This document shows positions 40,277 to 55,681 of a DNA stretch of 64,000 nucleotides, piece after piece. The notes beneath the pieces are model-generated. The model was not told where the DNA came from and did not search any database. It worked only from the letters and a program-made list of their open reading frames with translations. Both the position numbers and the translations under genes were made by a program. The first letter of the stretch is position 1; each line of letters begins with the position of its first letter. The stretch is from Octopus sinensis (lineage: Eukaryota), in NCBI RefSeq assembly GCF_006345805.1, contig NC_043011.1, positions 65,732,464 through 65,796,463 on the forward strand, in the 5' to 3' direction.

Positions 40277-41841
40277 AGAGCGAGAGGGAGAGAGTGAGAG
40301 ATAGAAGTAGATAGATAAATACATACATAGATACGTATATAGGGAGCGTGGGAGATCCATATGTAGATTGACAGAGATTTGGATAGATAATTGATTCATA
40401 TATTTATCATTATCTGTATGTTTTGTAATAATTGTGTGTATGTATCTTAGAAGTAATATATTTCATACACGCAATTTTTTCTGCTGGATATGTACTAACG
40501 ATATTGAGTATTACATCTTTGTTTACCTATACCTTGGCACTCTATCAAAGTGAGCGATGAGGTTGCAGCATCTAGAAAGTGTAAAACTATAATTCTTTTT
40601 ATAGCGTTTAGGCCAACATCAAAACCTTTTAGAAACATATTAACTCATTTTTTTTCAATATGTCATTACTAGTGAATGTTACTATTTCTAAATCTGACAC
40701 CGAGAGATATTCAGCAAGAGCACTTTGGAGTAAAGATCATTTGCCGTTATAACATGGAAGTCCTGGTTTAGCAGGAATGTTGCTGAAATTTACTCCAGGA
40801 GACATCGTCTCCAGCTGGTTACAACTCACGTTCTATGACCTTATATTCTCGAACATTGGAATTTATTATACCCACTCAGTTGAAAATGATATCTGTGCAT
40901 CTCCATTCTTGGGTTATTTCCCTTCATCAGCACAGAACCCTAACGTTAACCCCGGTGAATTTTGTTTTGAGCTGAGTGGGTGTGTTCCAAAATATAATGA
41001 CAAGGAACGAGTTTTATAGAAAGCTGGAGAAGGAGTATCCTTGGGCTAAATTACATCAACATTCTTACTAACCTAGGACTGCCGTGTTATGTTGGAAATG
41101 ATCTTTACTTCCTGTCGTTACTAAAGGAAAAGGAAGACATAAGATTTTGAATAGTGTTATAAATTCTCATAACTGACAGTTAATAAACTTTCAAGCCCGT
41201 TCATATCTACGTTTAATTCTAGATATATTTAATAAACTCACTTTAATTATTATATATGTTAATTAATGTTCATAGAAATAACGTTAATTATAACGTATTA
41301 TAAAAGCATTAGTTAGATACCACGATGAAAATATTATAGACGATAAAAGCAAATTATACTTACATATTACGTTATATAAATTGTTCACTATACAAAATAA
41401 CAAACGCCTGTTTCTCACTTTAATAGTACTGATAAAGGGTAATTGAACAAATATAATCAGTCACAGGAATAAATATATTAAGAAATGCTAGGATATCTAA
41501 AGATAGTTCTAGAGTTTTTTTTTAAATGTATATGGACAATATCGTGCAGCGATTAAACATACCGATCGCGCACTTACTTATGACTCCCAATAATCTTCTG
41601 TTGTATATTATTTATTTAATAATATATTGTACCTGTATAATTATAATTCGCTTGCAATTTAACTCATAACATTTTGTTGCAAAATGACAGCAAATTTGGG
41701 TATTTTGTTCATATTCATACACGAAATGTGACGTTCATCATTGCATGTTTGAGGGATGGACGATTTTATACTTGTAAATGGAATGACAAAATTATTTAAC
41801 CAGCATATGATCGGTAAATCTAAAACAATAATGAACAAGAG

Positions 41842-41885
<44 letters not shown>

Positions 41886-41889
41886 TACG

Positions 41890-41952
<63 letters not shown>

Positions 41953-42126
41953 TAAATATTAGGGAATAAATCCAAATTTACAGGGAAAAAAATCAGATTT
42001 AGGATTAAATCCAATTTTATAGTAAAATATTATAAAATATTATTAGAGACAAAACCACTATTTTGCAAAACAAACAAGGAAAGACTTAATCAATACATAA
42101 GATTTAATAAATAGTCAAAAAAACCG

Positions 42127-42169
42127 CCACTACAATCGTTTCTTGTCTTGACCGACAATCTTCAGGTGG
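42127..42169 (-). ncRNA. Minimal type I hammerhead ribozyme motif
   Basis: Identical 43-nt motif in the second palindrome, left arm. Confidence 0.8.
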
Positions 42170-45100
42170 ACTTCCAATCTAAAAGATCAATATTTTAAAA
42201 TATAAAAATAATAATTTTAAAATAATTAAAGTATGAATGAAAAAATATAAGTATATAATCCATATATAACCTATATATAATCCATATATAATCAATATAT
42301 AAACAATATATAAACTAAAAAAAACCTATCAACAATTAGATATAAAATATAAAATATAAAATATAAAATATAAAACAAAACAAAAAAATAATAATAATAT
42401 AATAATAAACAATATATACACCCATACACATATACCTAATTATATATAACCATATCTAACTACATACACTAAATCACACACCTATATATATATCCCTATA
42501 CATACACATAAAAACGTCTAGGCAACTATAAATAAATAAAATAGCTAAATACTTCAACACAATACTTATTCATACTCCCACACACACACACATACACAAA
42601 CAACCCACATACACGCTCTAGAAAACGGACATCACTCAAAACTATGAACGGAGAAATGGAATAAATGGAATTAAAAATTATATTCACTTGGTAAAACGAA
42701 CACTACTTAAAAATTATGAATGAAACAATGCAATAAAACAACAGACATCGCAAATAGACACAAATTACTACGAATTCCTTAACAAACCTACCATGATAAA
42801 CCAAAACTCATAAAAACATATAATGAAAAAATCTCCCTTTACTAAACTCTATAACAAACCTATATAGCAATCCCACTAACCTAAACATTCACACACAAAT
42901 ACACACACGTAAACCACACACCCACGACATATACAAATACCCACACCACTTACACATACTAATACATACATATAAACCTCAACATATACTCCAAAAACCC
43001 ACTCAACCCCACACAGACAAATAAACACAAAAATTATGAATGGATTCTTTTATAAAACTACCATGATAAGCTAAAACTCACAAAACAGAAATGATAAAAC
43101 CTCCCTTTACTAAACACTATAACATACTTATATAGCAATCCCTTTAACCTATACATTTACACACAAACCACACGTAAACCACACACCCATAACAAATACA
43201 AACACCCACCCCACTCACACACACCCACAAGTACAAATAAGCCTCAACATATACACCAAACACAATTACTTTACCAAGGAACTTAACATATGTATAAAAA
43301 GTATAACCGCTCTGGAAACGAACATCTCTAAATTAATGAATGGAGAAATGGAATAAATGGAATTAAAAATAATATTCACGTGGCAAAACGAACACCACTC
43401 AAAAATTATGAATGAAACAATGTAATAAAACTACCAACATCGAAAATAGACAAATTACCACGAATTCCCTAAAAGAACCATGATAAACCAAAACTCTTAA
43501 AAACATATAAGATAAAATCTCCCTTTGCTAAACTCTATAACAAACCTATATAGTAATCCCCCTAACCTAAACATTCACACACAAATACACACACGTAAAC
43601 CACAGACCCACGACTTATACACATACCTATACTAACTTATAAACCTCAATATACACCAAAACCCACTCCCTCCCACACAGACAAATTAACACATACATCC
43701 CAAAACCTAAATAACAAACCCATATACACATTCACACACAAACACACACACACGCAAAACACACACACACAACAGATACATATACTCCCTCACATATATA
43801 GGCATATACATACTCACTAAACTCGATATATACAACAATATTTACACACCCACACTCATACAGATAAATAAATTATACAACTAAAAACTTTTTTGCGTGT
43901 GTGTGTGTGTTTGTGTGTGAATGTGTATATGGGTTTGTTATTTAGGTTTTGGGATGTATGTGTTAATTTGTCTGTGTGGGAGGGAGTGGGTTTTGGTGTA
44001 TATTGAGGTTTATAAGTTAGTATAGGTATGTGTATAAGTCGTGGGTCTGTGGTTTACGTGTGTGTATTTGTGTGTGAATGTTTAGGTTAGGGGGATTACT
44101 ATATAGGTTTGTTATAGAGTTTAGCAAAGGGAGATTTTATCGTTATATGTTTTCAAGAGTTTTGGTTTATCATGGTTTTTTTAGGGAATTCGTGGTAATT
44201 TGTCTATTTTCGATGTTGGTAGTTTTATTATATTGTTTCATTCATAATTTTTGAGTGGTGTTCGTTTTGCCACGTGAATATTATTTTTAATTCCATTTAT
44301 TCCATTTCTCCATTCATTAATTTAGAGATGTTCGTTTTCAGAGCGGTTATACTTTTTATACATATGTTAAGTTCCTTGGTAAAGTAATTTTGTTTGGTGT
44401 ATATGTTGAGGCTTATTTGTACTTGTGGGTGTGTGTATTTGTTATGGGTGTGTGGTTTACGTGTGGTTTGTGTGTGAATGTATAGGTTAAAGGGATTGCT
44501 ATATAAGTATGTTATAGTGTTTAGTAAAGGGAGGTTTTATCATTTCTGTTTTGTGAGTTTTAGCTTATCATGGTAGTTTTATAAAAGAATCCATTCATAA
44601 TTTTTGTGTTTATTTGTCTGTGTGGGGTTGAGTGGGTTTTTGGAGTATATGTTGATGTTTATATGTATGTATTAGTATGTGTAAGTGGTGTGGGTATTTG
44701 TATATGTCGTGGGTGTGTGGTTTACGTGTGTGTATTTGTGTGTGAATGTTTAGGTTAGGGGGATTGCTATATAGGTTTGTTATAGAGTTTAGTAAAGGGA
44801 GATTTTATCATTATATGTTTTTATGAGTTTTGGTTTATCATGGTAGGTTTCTTAAGGAATTCGTAGTAATTTGTGTCTATTTGCGATGTCTGTTGTTTTA
44901 TTGCATTGTTTCATTCATAATTTTTAAGTAGCGTTCGTTTTACCAAGTGAATATAATTTTTAATTCCATTTATTCCATTTCTCCGTTCATAGTTTTGAGT
45001 GATGTCCGTTTTCTAGAGCGTGAATGTGGGTTGTTTGTGTATGTGTGTGCGGTTGGGAGTATGAATAAGTATTGTGTTGAAGTATTTAGCTATTTTATTT

Positions 45101-45471
45101 ATTTATAGTTGCCTAGACGTTTTTATGTGTATGTATAGGGATATATATATAGGTGTGTGATTTAGTGTATGTAGTTAGATATGGTTATATATAATTAGGT
45201 ATATGTGTATGGGTGTATATATTGTTTATTATTATATTATTATTATTTTTTTGTTTTGTTTTATATTTTATATTTTATATTTTATATTTTATATTTTATA
45301 TTTAATTGTTGATAGGTTTTTTTTAGTTTATATATTGTTTATATATTGATTATATATGGATTATATATAGGTTATATATGGATTATATACTTATATTTTT
45401 TCATTCATACTTTAATTATTTTAAAATTATTATTTTTATATTTTAAAATATTGATTTTTTAGATTGGAAGT

Positions 45472-45514
45472 CCACCTGAAGATTGTCGGTCAAGACAAGA
45501 AACGATTGTAGTGG
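45472..45514 (+). ncRNA. Minimal type I hammerhead ribozyme motif
   Basis: Identical 43-nt motif in the second palindrome, right arm. Confidence 0.8.
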
Positions 45515-45599
45515 CGGTTTTTTGACTATTTATTAAATCTTATGTATTGATTAAGTCTTTCCTTGTTTGTTTTGCAAAATAGTGGTTTTGTCTCTAATA

Positions 45600-45756
<157 letters not shown>

Positions 45757-46522
45757 TTGTACATATCATTAACCAAGGCCGTGGTTGAATATATTCTTAA
45801 GTCAACAATTTCGTCAATTGCAGCTGGTTCCAAGATTCACCACTTATTCATTTCTCAGCAAAAGTGTTAAAATATTTAAAGAGGACACCTCCTTAGCTAC
45901 GTTATAAATTTGGCATATATAGTTTGAGATTTGGTTCCGTACAAAGGCTACATGAAAATATGTGAGTCTTCAAGGTGGGCAGTAATGTAGGTTTTCATTT
46001 TCATTTAACATCAATTTTTCAAATCTAAATAAATGTCTAATTTCCATAGGCTAAAATTATTGAAAAATACAGGAGGAATTGAGAGTCGCTCGACGCTTTT
46101 ACCAAAACTTAGTAGAGATAATGTTATGAGGTAAAATGTTATGAAATGTAAAATATGTACGTGATGAAGTCAGTAAAGAGTAACGCTTAACGCAATAATT
46201 CTATATTATAAAAACGAATGTCTTTAATGTAGAATGGAAGAAATGCTGGCAGAAATGCTACGGCACCGGGCGAAATTCTTTACGGATTTGTACCTGTCTC
46301 TACTTTCTGAGTTCAATTTCCGCGAAGGTCATCTTTATATTTTGTATATTTTGTTGTTTAAATGAAATATTTGATGTAATTATTTTCAAAATTCTGTTGA
46401 AATAGGGTAAATTTAACTTTTATTATAAATTATGTTACACCTTTAATTAACTTGATTTCGGCTTTTTCTTCTTTTTCCTTTTGAGTTAATTTACTTTTGT
46501 TGTTGTTAATTATTTATCAGGC

Positions 46523-46796
46523 TTATTCATTAATACTTGAGCAATATGTATCTAAATGAATTGGGGTAGGAATACAATCACATTTCGCTGTGTCTTTATG
46601 GGCCTATCTGAAAGCATGTAGTAAGGCTCTCCACAAGGATATTCTTGTTTTCCCCAAAATATATATATTTATACATATATATATATATGTATATATATTC
46701 TTGAATGTATTGCACTTTAGATCTTACGCCTCCTGATAATGAAATAATATTACTTACAGATATGAGAAGAGCAATAAAGATAGATATACTTAGCAT
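46523..46796 (-). CDS. Candidate secreted peptide, type B copy 2 (ends ...DTYCSSINE*)
   Basis: Duplicate of 15523-15796 at offset 31000, with a Y>N change near the C-terminus. Confidence 0.35.
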
Positions 46797-49700
46797 GGCT
46801 TTTCCTGTAAAATACTAATTCCGACTATGTATGTTTCACTTCCTCGTTTGTTTGTCTCTCCTCAATTCACTTCCTCCTTATCTTAAATGATGCAATATAA
46901 TGTTACAGGTGTTTTATTCAGAGTGCACGGTCTTTCTAACCGTTTTGTATTTTTATATATATTGCACAATATTTGACGTTTGTACGGTTTATGTGAGATT
47001 GTACCATATTCAGAATTGATTTGCTGTCGATGTATGGCCATGCTAAATCTAAATGTAATAGCGCTGAGCTAGTATGAATGCTATTTCATAGGTACTTCGT
47101 AAATTCATACTAAACAGAATATTCCATAGCTTCGCTTTTCGCATCTGCATATTAAAACACATTAGTCAAAAATTTATCGAGAGAATAATTGTTAGAAATG
47201 AACGCGAATTTTTTATAAAATATTAATTGTTCTGATCATGATAATGATGATGATGATGACGATGATAATGATGATGGTTGTGATACAGTCGACGGTTGTG
47301 ATACAGACATTCACCGATCATCTATTCAGGAATAGGATTTCAGATTAAACATGTCTGTGTAACACTCTGATGGTCATCCCTTTTCTGTTGTTCTTCGCTT
47401 GAATATCTCAACCAAACTAAATCATGAGTAATATAAATGGTTAGTCTATCCAAGGCCTAGCATCGCTCCTGTCATTGTTTCGTTTTCTATCGTTCGTGTC
47501 GATCACCATGGACTGTATGGTACCTAGCATTATTATTATGATGCTTACGGCATACGAAAACACAGACCTCTCATCGTTCTTCTCTTGGAATGCTTGTTGA
47601 TATCTCTGGCTGCTGCAGTGGTAGCTCTTCATTCATTACCAACCAAACAGATGTTAGCATTCATATTTAGTAGAGAGACCGCATGATACTGAGAGTTTCG
47701 GTCAGGTGGCCATTAAATCTGACCAATTAGCGAACGTGAGAGCACAATCAACCAATTAAACCGAGGTTTTTAGAATTCTGAACCAACTCTACTACCACAA
47801 TTGATTCATTAGTTTACAGAATCTTTCTGGATATTCACATTACTCTTTGCCCATAGTTATAGTGGCGCATTTGGGAAATTATGTCGGTACATGACAGCTA
47901 ATTGGTAAACATATGAGTGATTTTTCAAGGGAATTTATAACCTCTTGAAGCTGGTTTAAAATGATGGAGAAGTTGAGCCAGTAAGCAGTTAGGTTTCCTA
48001 ATCGACTGGTAAAAATAAAGTAGCGCGAGATACTCAGGAAGGATACCAATCACCTGGGGAATTCCAGCTGTCTCACCTCAGGTGGACTTACATGGTATGT
48101 AAACTTCAGGCATCGACATTCGCTCGTATTGACATTTAGTTTTATTAAATTTAATTCCACCTCTAGAAAGACCATCAGTGTTTTATGAGAGTCCGAAACG
48201 ACATCGCACTTCGAACGTGATTATGCATCCATATATGTATATAGAGACTTTAAAATAAACACATATATGTGCCCGTGTGTGTGTGTATGCGTGTATAAAT
48301 AAGTGTTTGTGTGTGTTTGTGCCTGTGTGTGTCTGAAATCCTAGTGTATCTGGTAGCAATCAGTTCTAAATGTAGCGACCGGAGGCCACTGAGCAACCCT
48401 CATTGGATTCAAGCTCGCACAAGGCCATTATTTGATAAATGCATTATAGTTGCTGAAAGATAAAGAGGAGAAAAGTAAACCAGATGCCAAAACGGAGTGT
48501 CGGAGAGAGTTTCATTCGGCATTCATTGATTTACGGTACACATTGAGGACAGCATTTAGGAGCTTACAGTTTATGCTCAGAACACTTACACAATTGGATG
48601 TACGGTATTCCAGTCTCATTTATTTGAAAATTTCAAAGCTAGAAAGGGCTGACCTCAGGAAACCTTCCAATAAATTTTTACCCCCTTTTTCCTCTAAGGA
48701 TATCAGAATATATTTTTGTCCCCTTTAACAGCAAGCAATTTCGTGATAGTGTGTTTTTATTTATTGAAGCTATTTTATTTTGATAGTCGTCTGCTGTGTT
48801 TGTTTTCTTTTCGCTGAGGTTAGTGTAGTCGGAAGTGGTGGAGTTCCGGATTTTCCTGTTTTTCATATTGTACGGTGTGCTGTAGTTGAGGCTGTCATAA
48901 TTGTGTTGCTCCTAAAAACTGTTAAAAGTTTTGCCCTGTTATTTTTGTTTTGTTTTGACTAGTGTGTGTGTCGTGCATGCTGCTGCTGTATGCTCGGTAG
49001 TTGGGGTTGGAATTGGCCTTTGCCTTGCTGCTCTTTTCTCAGCTTCCTCTACTTGCTACTTTCCATTTCTACTTTGCATCACTTTCCGTTGAGATCTTTT
49101 CGGGCTACGGCCTATTTCCTCCAACATTTTGATGAGAATACAAACTGTTCCAAGTTTACTAAAAGATACGTTTCTACACTCATTTACATTATTTACATTC
49201 GACGGATATTTGTCCTCAACTTGTTTGTTGTTATCACAACGTTTCGGCTGATATACCTTCCAGCCTGTTGTAAACCGTAGCTATTTGAGTAATTGAGAAA
49301 ATCTCCACGTTCTGGTGACATGTCTTACATCTACCCACATGTCTTCTAGAGCAAGATCCAGCTAGGCCTCAGTTGCTGCTAGGGGTGCGGTTTTTACCGA
49401 CATGCCCAAAGATAGCCATCGTCTTCCTAGTTATAACAAAAATCTAGGATTGCGAGGCAACTTGCATTGTCCTCACCGTTGCATAAATAAATTTCTTCGC
49501 TTGTGTTAAGTTTCTTCGTTGCTAATTAGAGACAGTGTGAGGTAATTCGTTGTTTTCGCCACCAGCGAAATTTGTTCTCTGAAGTGTCTCTCCTACCACT
49601 AATATTGCCGTTATTTAAACCTTTGTGGCCACTGTAGTTTTCCCTGATGACAATGTTTGTGTATGTGCCCATTTATGTGTGTCCGTGTACGTAGGTGTGT

Positions 49701-51709
49701 GTGTATGATACTGTGTATATATGTATGTGTAGATGCGTGAGTGTGTGTGTACAACAGAATTATTTGATTACATCATCTTAAAATTGTCCTACATTATTAA
49801 GTTGAAGTATTCAGTTTGCAGGTGGTGGAATTATAAACCTATTCCTGTATGATACGTTGTGTTAAAAATCTAACGGGGAATATTTGAGTTCTTTAACAAA
49901 AGTCATGAAAATGATACTCAGATATTAATGTGTATTATACTTCCGGTATAATTGACAAATACTTATGAAACATATTTCGTGAGATTCCGATATCACAACA
50001 GAAAATGTGTGACGAAGTTTTACACATTAAATATAAAAAAATAACTCAGCTTAGATTTTCAAACTTATCTTTACCTAAACTCATTTGGATACCTTTATTT
50101 CAATATGTATAAAGTGTTGTTTCAGCAACTAGTAAATGCTATGGCAAAGAATAATTAATACATTCTGTCTTTGAAATGAAACTCAAACGTTAATATGTGT
50201 TAATCCGTACATTTTGATAAATATTCAGATATCAAACAATTTTAATGCAAATATGAAAGTATAATTTATTGAAGACATATTTCAGATATTTAGAATATCA
50301 AAAGAAATACAACACTAAAACAGGGAATCTTCATTACGGTATTTATTTTATTTAGTAGTTCTTAAGTAAAATCACCAGAAGTGCAGTACGGATTTTCGAT
50401 ATCGGGGATACCATCTATAAAATGAATAGGGAAAAGGTTATGTAGAAATGGGGGGAAAGTATTGTGGTAAGAGTTATGCAAATATTTCCTTAAAATATAT
50501 TTACATTTATCAAATGCTTCGGAGCTTGCCTAACAAAACTATGCATTATTTGCCGAAGAAACAAGTGGGTAAATGAGAGAAAGATGTAGCATCTGGCCAG
50601 TTAAAAGAGTTTTAGCTTGATAGAAGGCAGAGAATGCCGTACCGTAAATCAGTGCGAATTGGGTCCAATCTGTACATCCCTGATGATACCTACGTGTTAT
50701 ATATTGAAACACATCTACCGCTGGGCTACCCACTGTAAGATTTTAATCATTGTTATAAATATTGAATCACATGAAATTACGTACCTTAGCATTGTTTCTG
50801 GAATTTTTATTTGCCCTGAAAGAAAATACGAATAGGATGAATGTGAAATTATTACCAATAACATTTTATTTACCTAGAGCAGATTTGTTTGGGGTTATCA
50901 TAATCCCATTTGCGTTAGAAGAAATTAATAGGCTCAATGTAACGCACTTCCTGAATTAGATTTGTTTCATCCAATGGTGTGAGAATACATAAAAACTAAA
51001 AATAAATTTAGGGTTTATACATAAACGACCCTGTTAGGCTTTTTGTAAACTCTACATCATGAAATTCTGCAAGATACAACAATAAGAAACATCTTTCAGA
51101 ATTTTCTTTAAGATATCAGAACTGAATATATTTTTGCGATATTAAGTTTATTCAAATCTGAAGCTGTAACATCTGAGCGAAGAAATTTGCTTTGCTGTGC
51201 TTTTGTATCTTCTATTTTGTTTCAGTCTTTAGACTCAGTCTATGACATGTCACCACATCAAGAAACGTTAGTCGAATTTATTTTGCAGTTTATGCTTGGA
51301 ATTTAATCAAACATTGCATCTTGCTGTACACCAAGTTTACGGGCCCTGAAACAAGGACACCGGTAATGGGGACAAAAACACATTCACACATATGTGTGTA
51401 TACATATTTATATACACACACTCGCACACACACACACACACATATGTATATATGAACATATTCACAAACACACACACTATCACAAACACACTAACACACA
51501 CACAAATATATCATGTTGTAAAATAATGCAATCTTCTAATTAGGGTTAAAAATACGCATACGTTTAGACATGCTAGATGTAAATAGACACCTTTAATTTT
51601 CAAAATTTCGGACCTAAGCGTCTTAATATATTTTCAACGGTGTACAATTGACAACGTGACTATTTGTTTTTCGTCCCAGGCGCCATTATATTAATCATTA
51701 CCGAAGAAT

Positions 51710-52740
51710 TACCATGTTACACACAAACATTCAGCAGAACTGCCAGGTTTTCAAGGAGTTCGTATTGTTCGTCAATTTGAGACTGGTCTTAGCCAGCAAA
51801 CAATTGCCGAAAATCTTCAAAATGCTCTTTCGAATGTTAATAGTTTTATAGCGCAAATCAAAAGCCAAAGAGAAGAATCAACTTATTTTCGTCCCGGCCA
51901 AATCTAGGCACTCGGAATGGATGATTCAGTGTTTGAAGACAATTGTGGCAAATGAACCCCTTTCGAAGGCTTCTGACAGTACAAAAAAACCTAGAAGTTA
52001 CTCCAAGAGAATGTGTGTTACATATCTGCATAAGCTTAAGTATTATTGACGAGTATCTAGAAGAAAACCTCCCCTTCAAACAATTAATATCAAGAAAGAA
52101 ATGAAATGGGCTAAGGATATGTCAGAGAAATCCAGTTAATTTTGGGTTAGACTGATTTTCTCAGATGAATCCAGATTTGCATTATTCTCAGACAGTGGAC
52201 GTGTTTGGGTCTGGATGTTTTCCAATCAAGAATTCGATTATTAAAACGACTCCAACCAACTGTGAAACATGGCGGTAGCTCTGTAATGGTATGTGGAGCT
52301 GTCACCAGCAATGGTCGTTCTGAGATGGTCGAATGTATTTGAACCATAAACACTGAAAAATACATTTAAAATATTCAGCAACGGCTACTTCCGAATTATT
52401 CAAACGATTGCACAAAGGAAAATGAATTTTTATTAATGGACGATTCGGCTCCACGAAGCAGAGCGGAAAGGTATCATCAATGGGTGACTGAAAATAGGAT
52501 CGGAAAGCTTCCTTGGCCGAGCCAATCTCCTGACATGAACCCAATTGAAAATTTCTGTAGCATACTAGATTGAGCTATACGAAAACACAAAGGAAACCTA
52601 AATCTAAAGATGAATTGTTTCGATTGCTGCGTGAAAAGTGGATAGAAATTCCACAAGAGACAAGCCCAAAGATCATCAGTTCAACGGCCAAAAGAGTTTC
52701 TGAATAAAAAACTGAAAAAAGTATGTCAACTAAATACTAA
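51710..52740 (+). mobile_element. Tc1-like relic, diverged paralogue of 20700-21720
   Basis: Collinear, with independent lesions. Confidence 0.9.
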
Positions 52741-53646
52741 AGTATGTCGTCCTATCTATCGACTACATTGCAATTGTTAGTTTTGCGTACAAAAGTAAAG
52801 ATTCTGAAAATTAAGGATGTCGATTTGCTTCCTGCATGTCTGTGCATATATATATATATGTATATATAAATGTATATATGTATATATAAATGTATATATA
52901 TGTATATATAAATTTATATATACATATACATTTTTGTTGGAGAGAGTTCTCTACAGTGCCATGTATAAGGAGCGCTGATAGACGAATGTTTCATTTTGTT
53001 TAAGACCAGTTTCAAATTTATGCATAATCGAAGAAATATTTGGAAGAAGAATAAGATACTTACATCGTAGCAACGGTGATTAATCTTGAAGCTGGTATGG
53101 CATTCCAATTGGAGCTCTCGAGTGAAACATGACAAAAAGTTTTTGTAACCACTGAAAATTTAAAGCGAAGCTTTCAAATTTCATTTACGATATGATCACT
53201 TAAGACGATTCCATAATTTATCTATAAAATCTAATGAGAACGTAAGCATTCACATCAACACTAATCTCCATACGTCTCAAGCGGAACTAATGTTACATAG
53301 TCGTAGCTATGATCAAACATCTGAAATATGTGAATATCCTATATCGCACAAGTGAATTAATTTACCTACTGTGTACAAACAGTAAAGATAAATGCTAAAG
53401 CGAAAAGTGTAATAGCTCCTAAAAGAGTTTGATATATAAGGCAAGTAAATGTCAATTATATCTAATACGTGTGTTATTAATTTATAACGACCACCAGTTT
53501 CGGAATCATTTCCTACACATTATTACTTGCAGACAAGCATATATGGTTTATATTATATTATAATATAAAATGTTATCATATGTCTGTGTGTGTGTGTAAA
53601 TGTGCACGTGTGTGCGCACCTGTACGTGTGTTATATCATTATGTGT

Positions 53647-53699
<53 letters not shown>

Positions 53700-53703
<4 letters not shown>

Positions 53704-53973
53704 GAAATAAAGAAAAAGCTGACAAAATAATTTAAGTAATTTATGCAATTTAATTAGGTGATACTACCGGTTGCGCATTTGTTATGCTTATTGAAATATA
53801 TTTTCGTAAGAGAGATAAAGTTCCTTTCTGATAGATTTTTTTCCTCTTATCAGAAAGGAAATCTATCTCTCTTGATAAGCATAATAAATGCGCAACCGGT
53901 AAAAAGAACTTTCACCTAATTAAATTACTTAAATTACTTAGATTATTTCGTCAGCATTTTCTTTATTTCCTTT
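53700..53973. mobile_element. Fold-back MITE, diverged paralogue
   Basis: Same inverted architecture as 22739-23020. Confidence 0.8.
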
Positions 53974-54011
53974 GTTTATATATCACAACTCTTGTTCCAC
54001 TTCTCATTTTT

Positions 54012-54061
<50 letters not shown>

Positions 54062-54062
54062 G

Positions 54063-54134
54063 AAAATTCAACAAAATCTGTTACTCTGATGAACGGCAAC
54101 GAGAAACTCAGAGTAACAGATTTTGTTGAATTTT
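54063..54134. repeat. Perfect 26-bp hairpin with 20-nt loop, inserted in a (TA)n tract
   Basis: AAAATTCAACAAAATCTGTTACTCTG / CAGAGTAACAGATTTTGTTGAATTTT; absent from the paralogous tract at 23065-23127. Confidence 0.9.
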
Positions 54135-55548
54135 CTGCTGCTTAAAATAAAGTATATATATATATATATATATTGACAGGAAATTAAGCGAATAATGTAA
54201 TTAGGAACATCAAGTATATGCTATTCATTAAATACATCAACTAATATATATGTATATATCTATATATACAACCAGAGAAAAAGCAAGAGTTGAAACTTTG
54301 AGACGATGAAAATGTTACCTTTAAATATAGAGATATTTTATTAAGTATTCCAAAGTACAGAGACTAGAAATAACAGCGGAAATTTAAGGAATTTAAGAAA
54401 GATGTAACAAGCCAAACCTCTGGTTCTTGGTTGTTGGGAATGCACATTAAGGAGACATGTAATTCCTCTAAATATGGTGCCGTATGAATGCAATTAACAT
54501 TGCATTGAGTAGAAAAGAAACTTTTCTACTCAAGGCGGAAGACCTGAAAATTTTGGGAAGGGGCCATTCGATTAGCTCGACCGCAGTACAAAACTGCTAC
54601 TTATCCTAACGGGCCCGAATAGATGAAAGGCAAAGTCTACCTCGAGGAAACTTGAATTCAGAACGTAGCGACGGGCGAAATACTGCTAAGAAATTCGCCG
54701 ACGTGCTCACTATTCTGCCAGCTAGCCTCCTGCCTAGAACTTCAAACAATGAATGATTGCTGTTATCTCAGGGCTTAGCGCGCGATTTTCAAGCTAATCA
54801 CAGTATTTGTGAGGAGGTGTATCGACGTTGTTGTAGTTGGATATTTTGATATTCAAAGCGATCTTATTCATTCTGTTAGCATTAATATTATTGCTAGCAA
54901 AAGATGCATTATTGGTGTCACTACGCATTTCATACACCAGATCGACCTATACAATATACCATAGACTGGCCTTTTTTTTTACCCGTATGATGAAACATAC
55001 ATAAGTAGTTCAAACATTATTGAATCACCTTAAAATGTCCATTTCGCATATTCTCTGTCCTTCAAATATCTAAATGCATTTGATACAGAGAAATGCAGAA
55101 AGATAAGTATGTAAGTATGTATGTAAATATGTACGTATATATGTAGGTATGTAGGTAGGAAGGTAGGTAGGTAGGTAGAAAAGCAGGTAGTTATGTAGGT
55201 TGGTAGGTAATTACATAGTTTATGTATATATAAATATACAGAGAGATATATATACATATATAAATAGACAAACGGATTGCAAGATTAGACAGACAAATAG
55301 GCAGATTGATAGATAAGTCTATCTATAAGTCTATAGATAGACTTATAGGATTATAAGTATATTGATATATAGGTTGATAGAAATATTGATCGAGAGGCGG
55401 CTAAGTAGAAAGATAGATAGATACAGGCAGAGATTGAAAGATCGATGGACGTTTAATGGGTGTAGGTAGTTACAGTAATATATAGAAAGACAGAGACAGA
55501 TAGGTTGATAAATATATAAATATGTTGATAGATTGATAGTGATGTATA

Positions 55549-55681
<133 letters not shown>

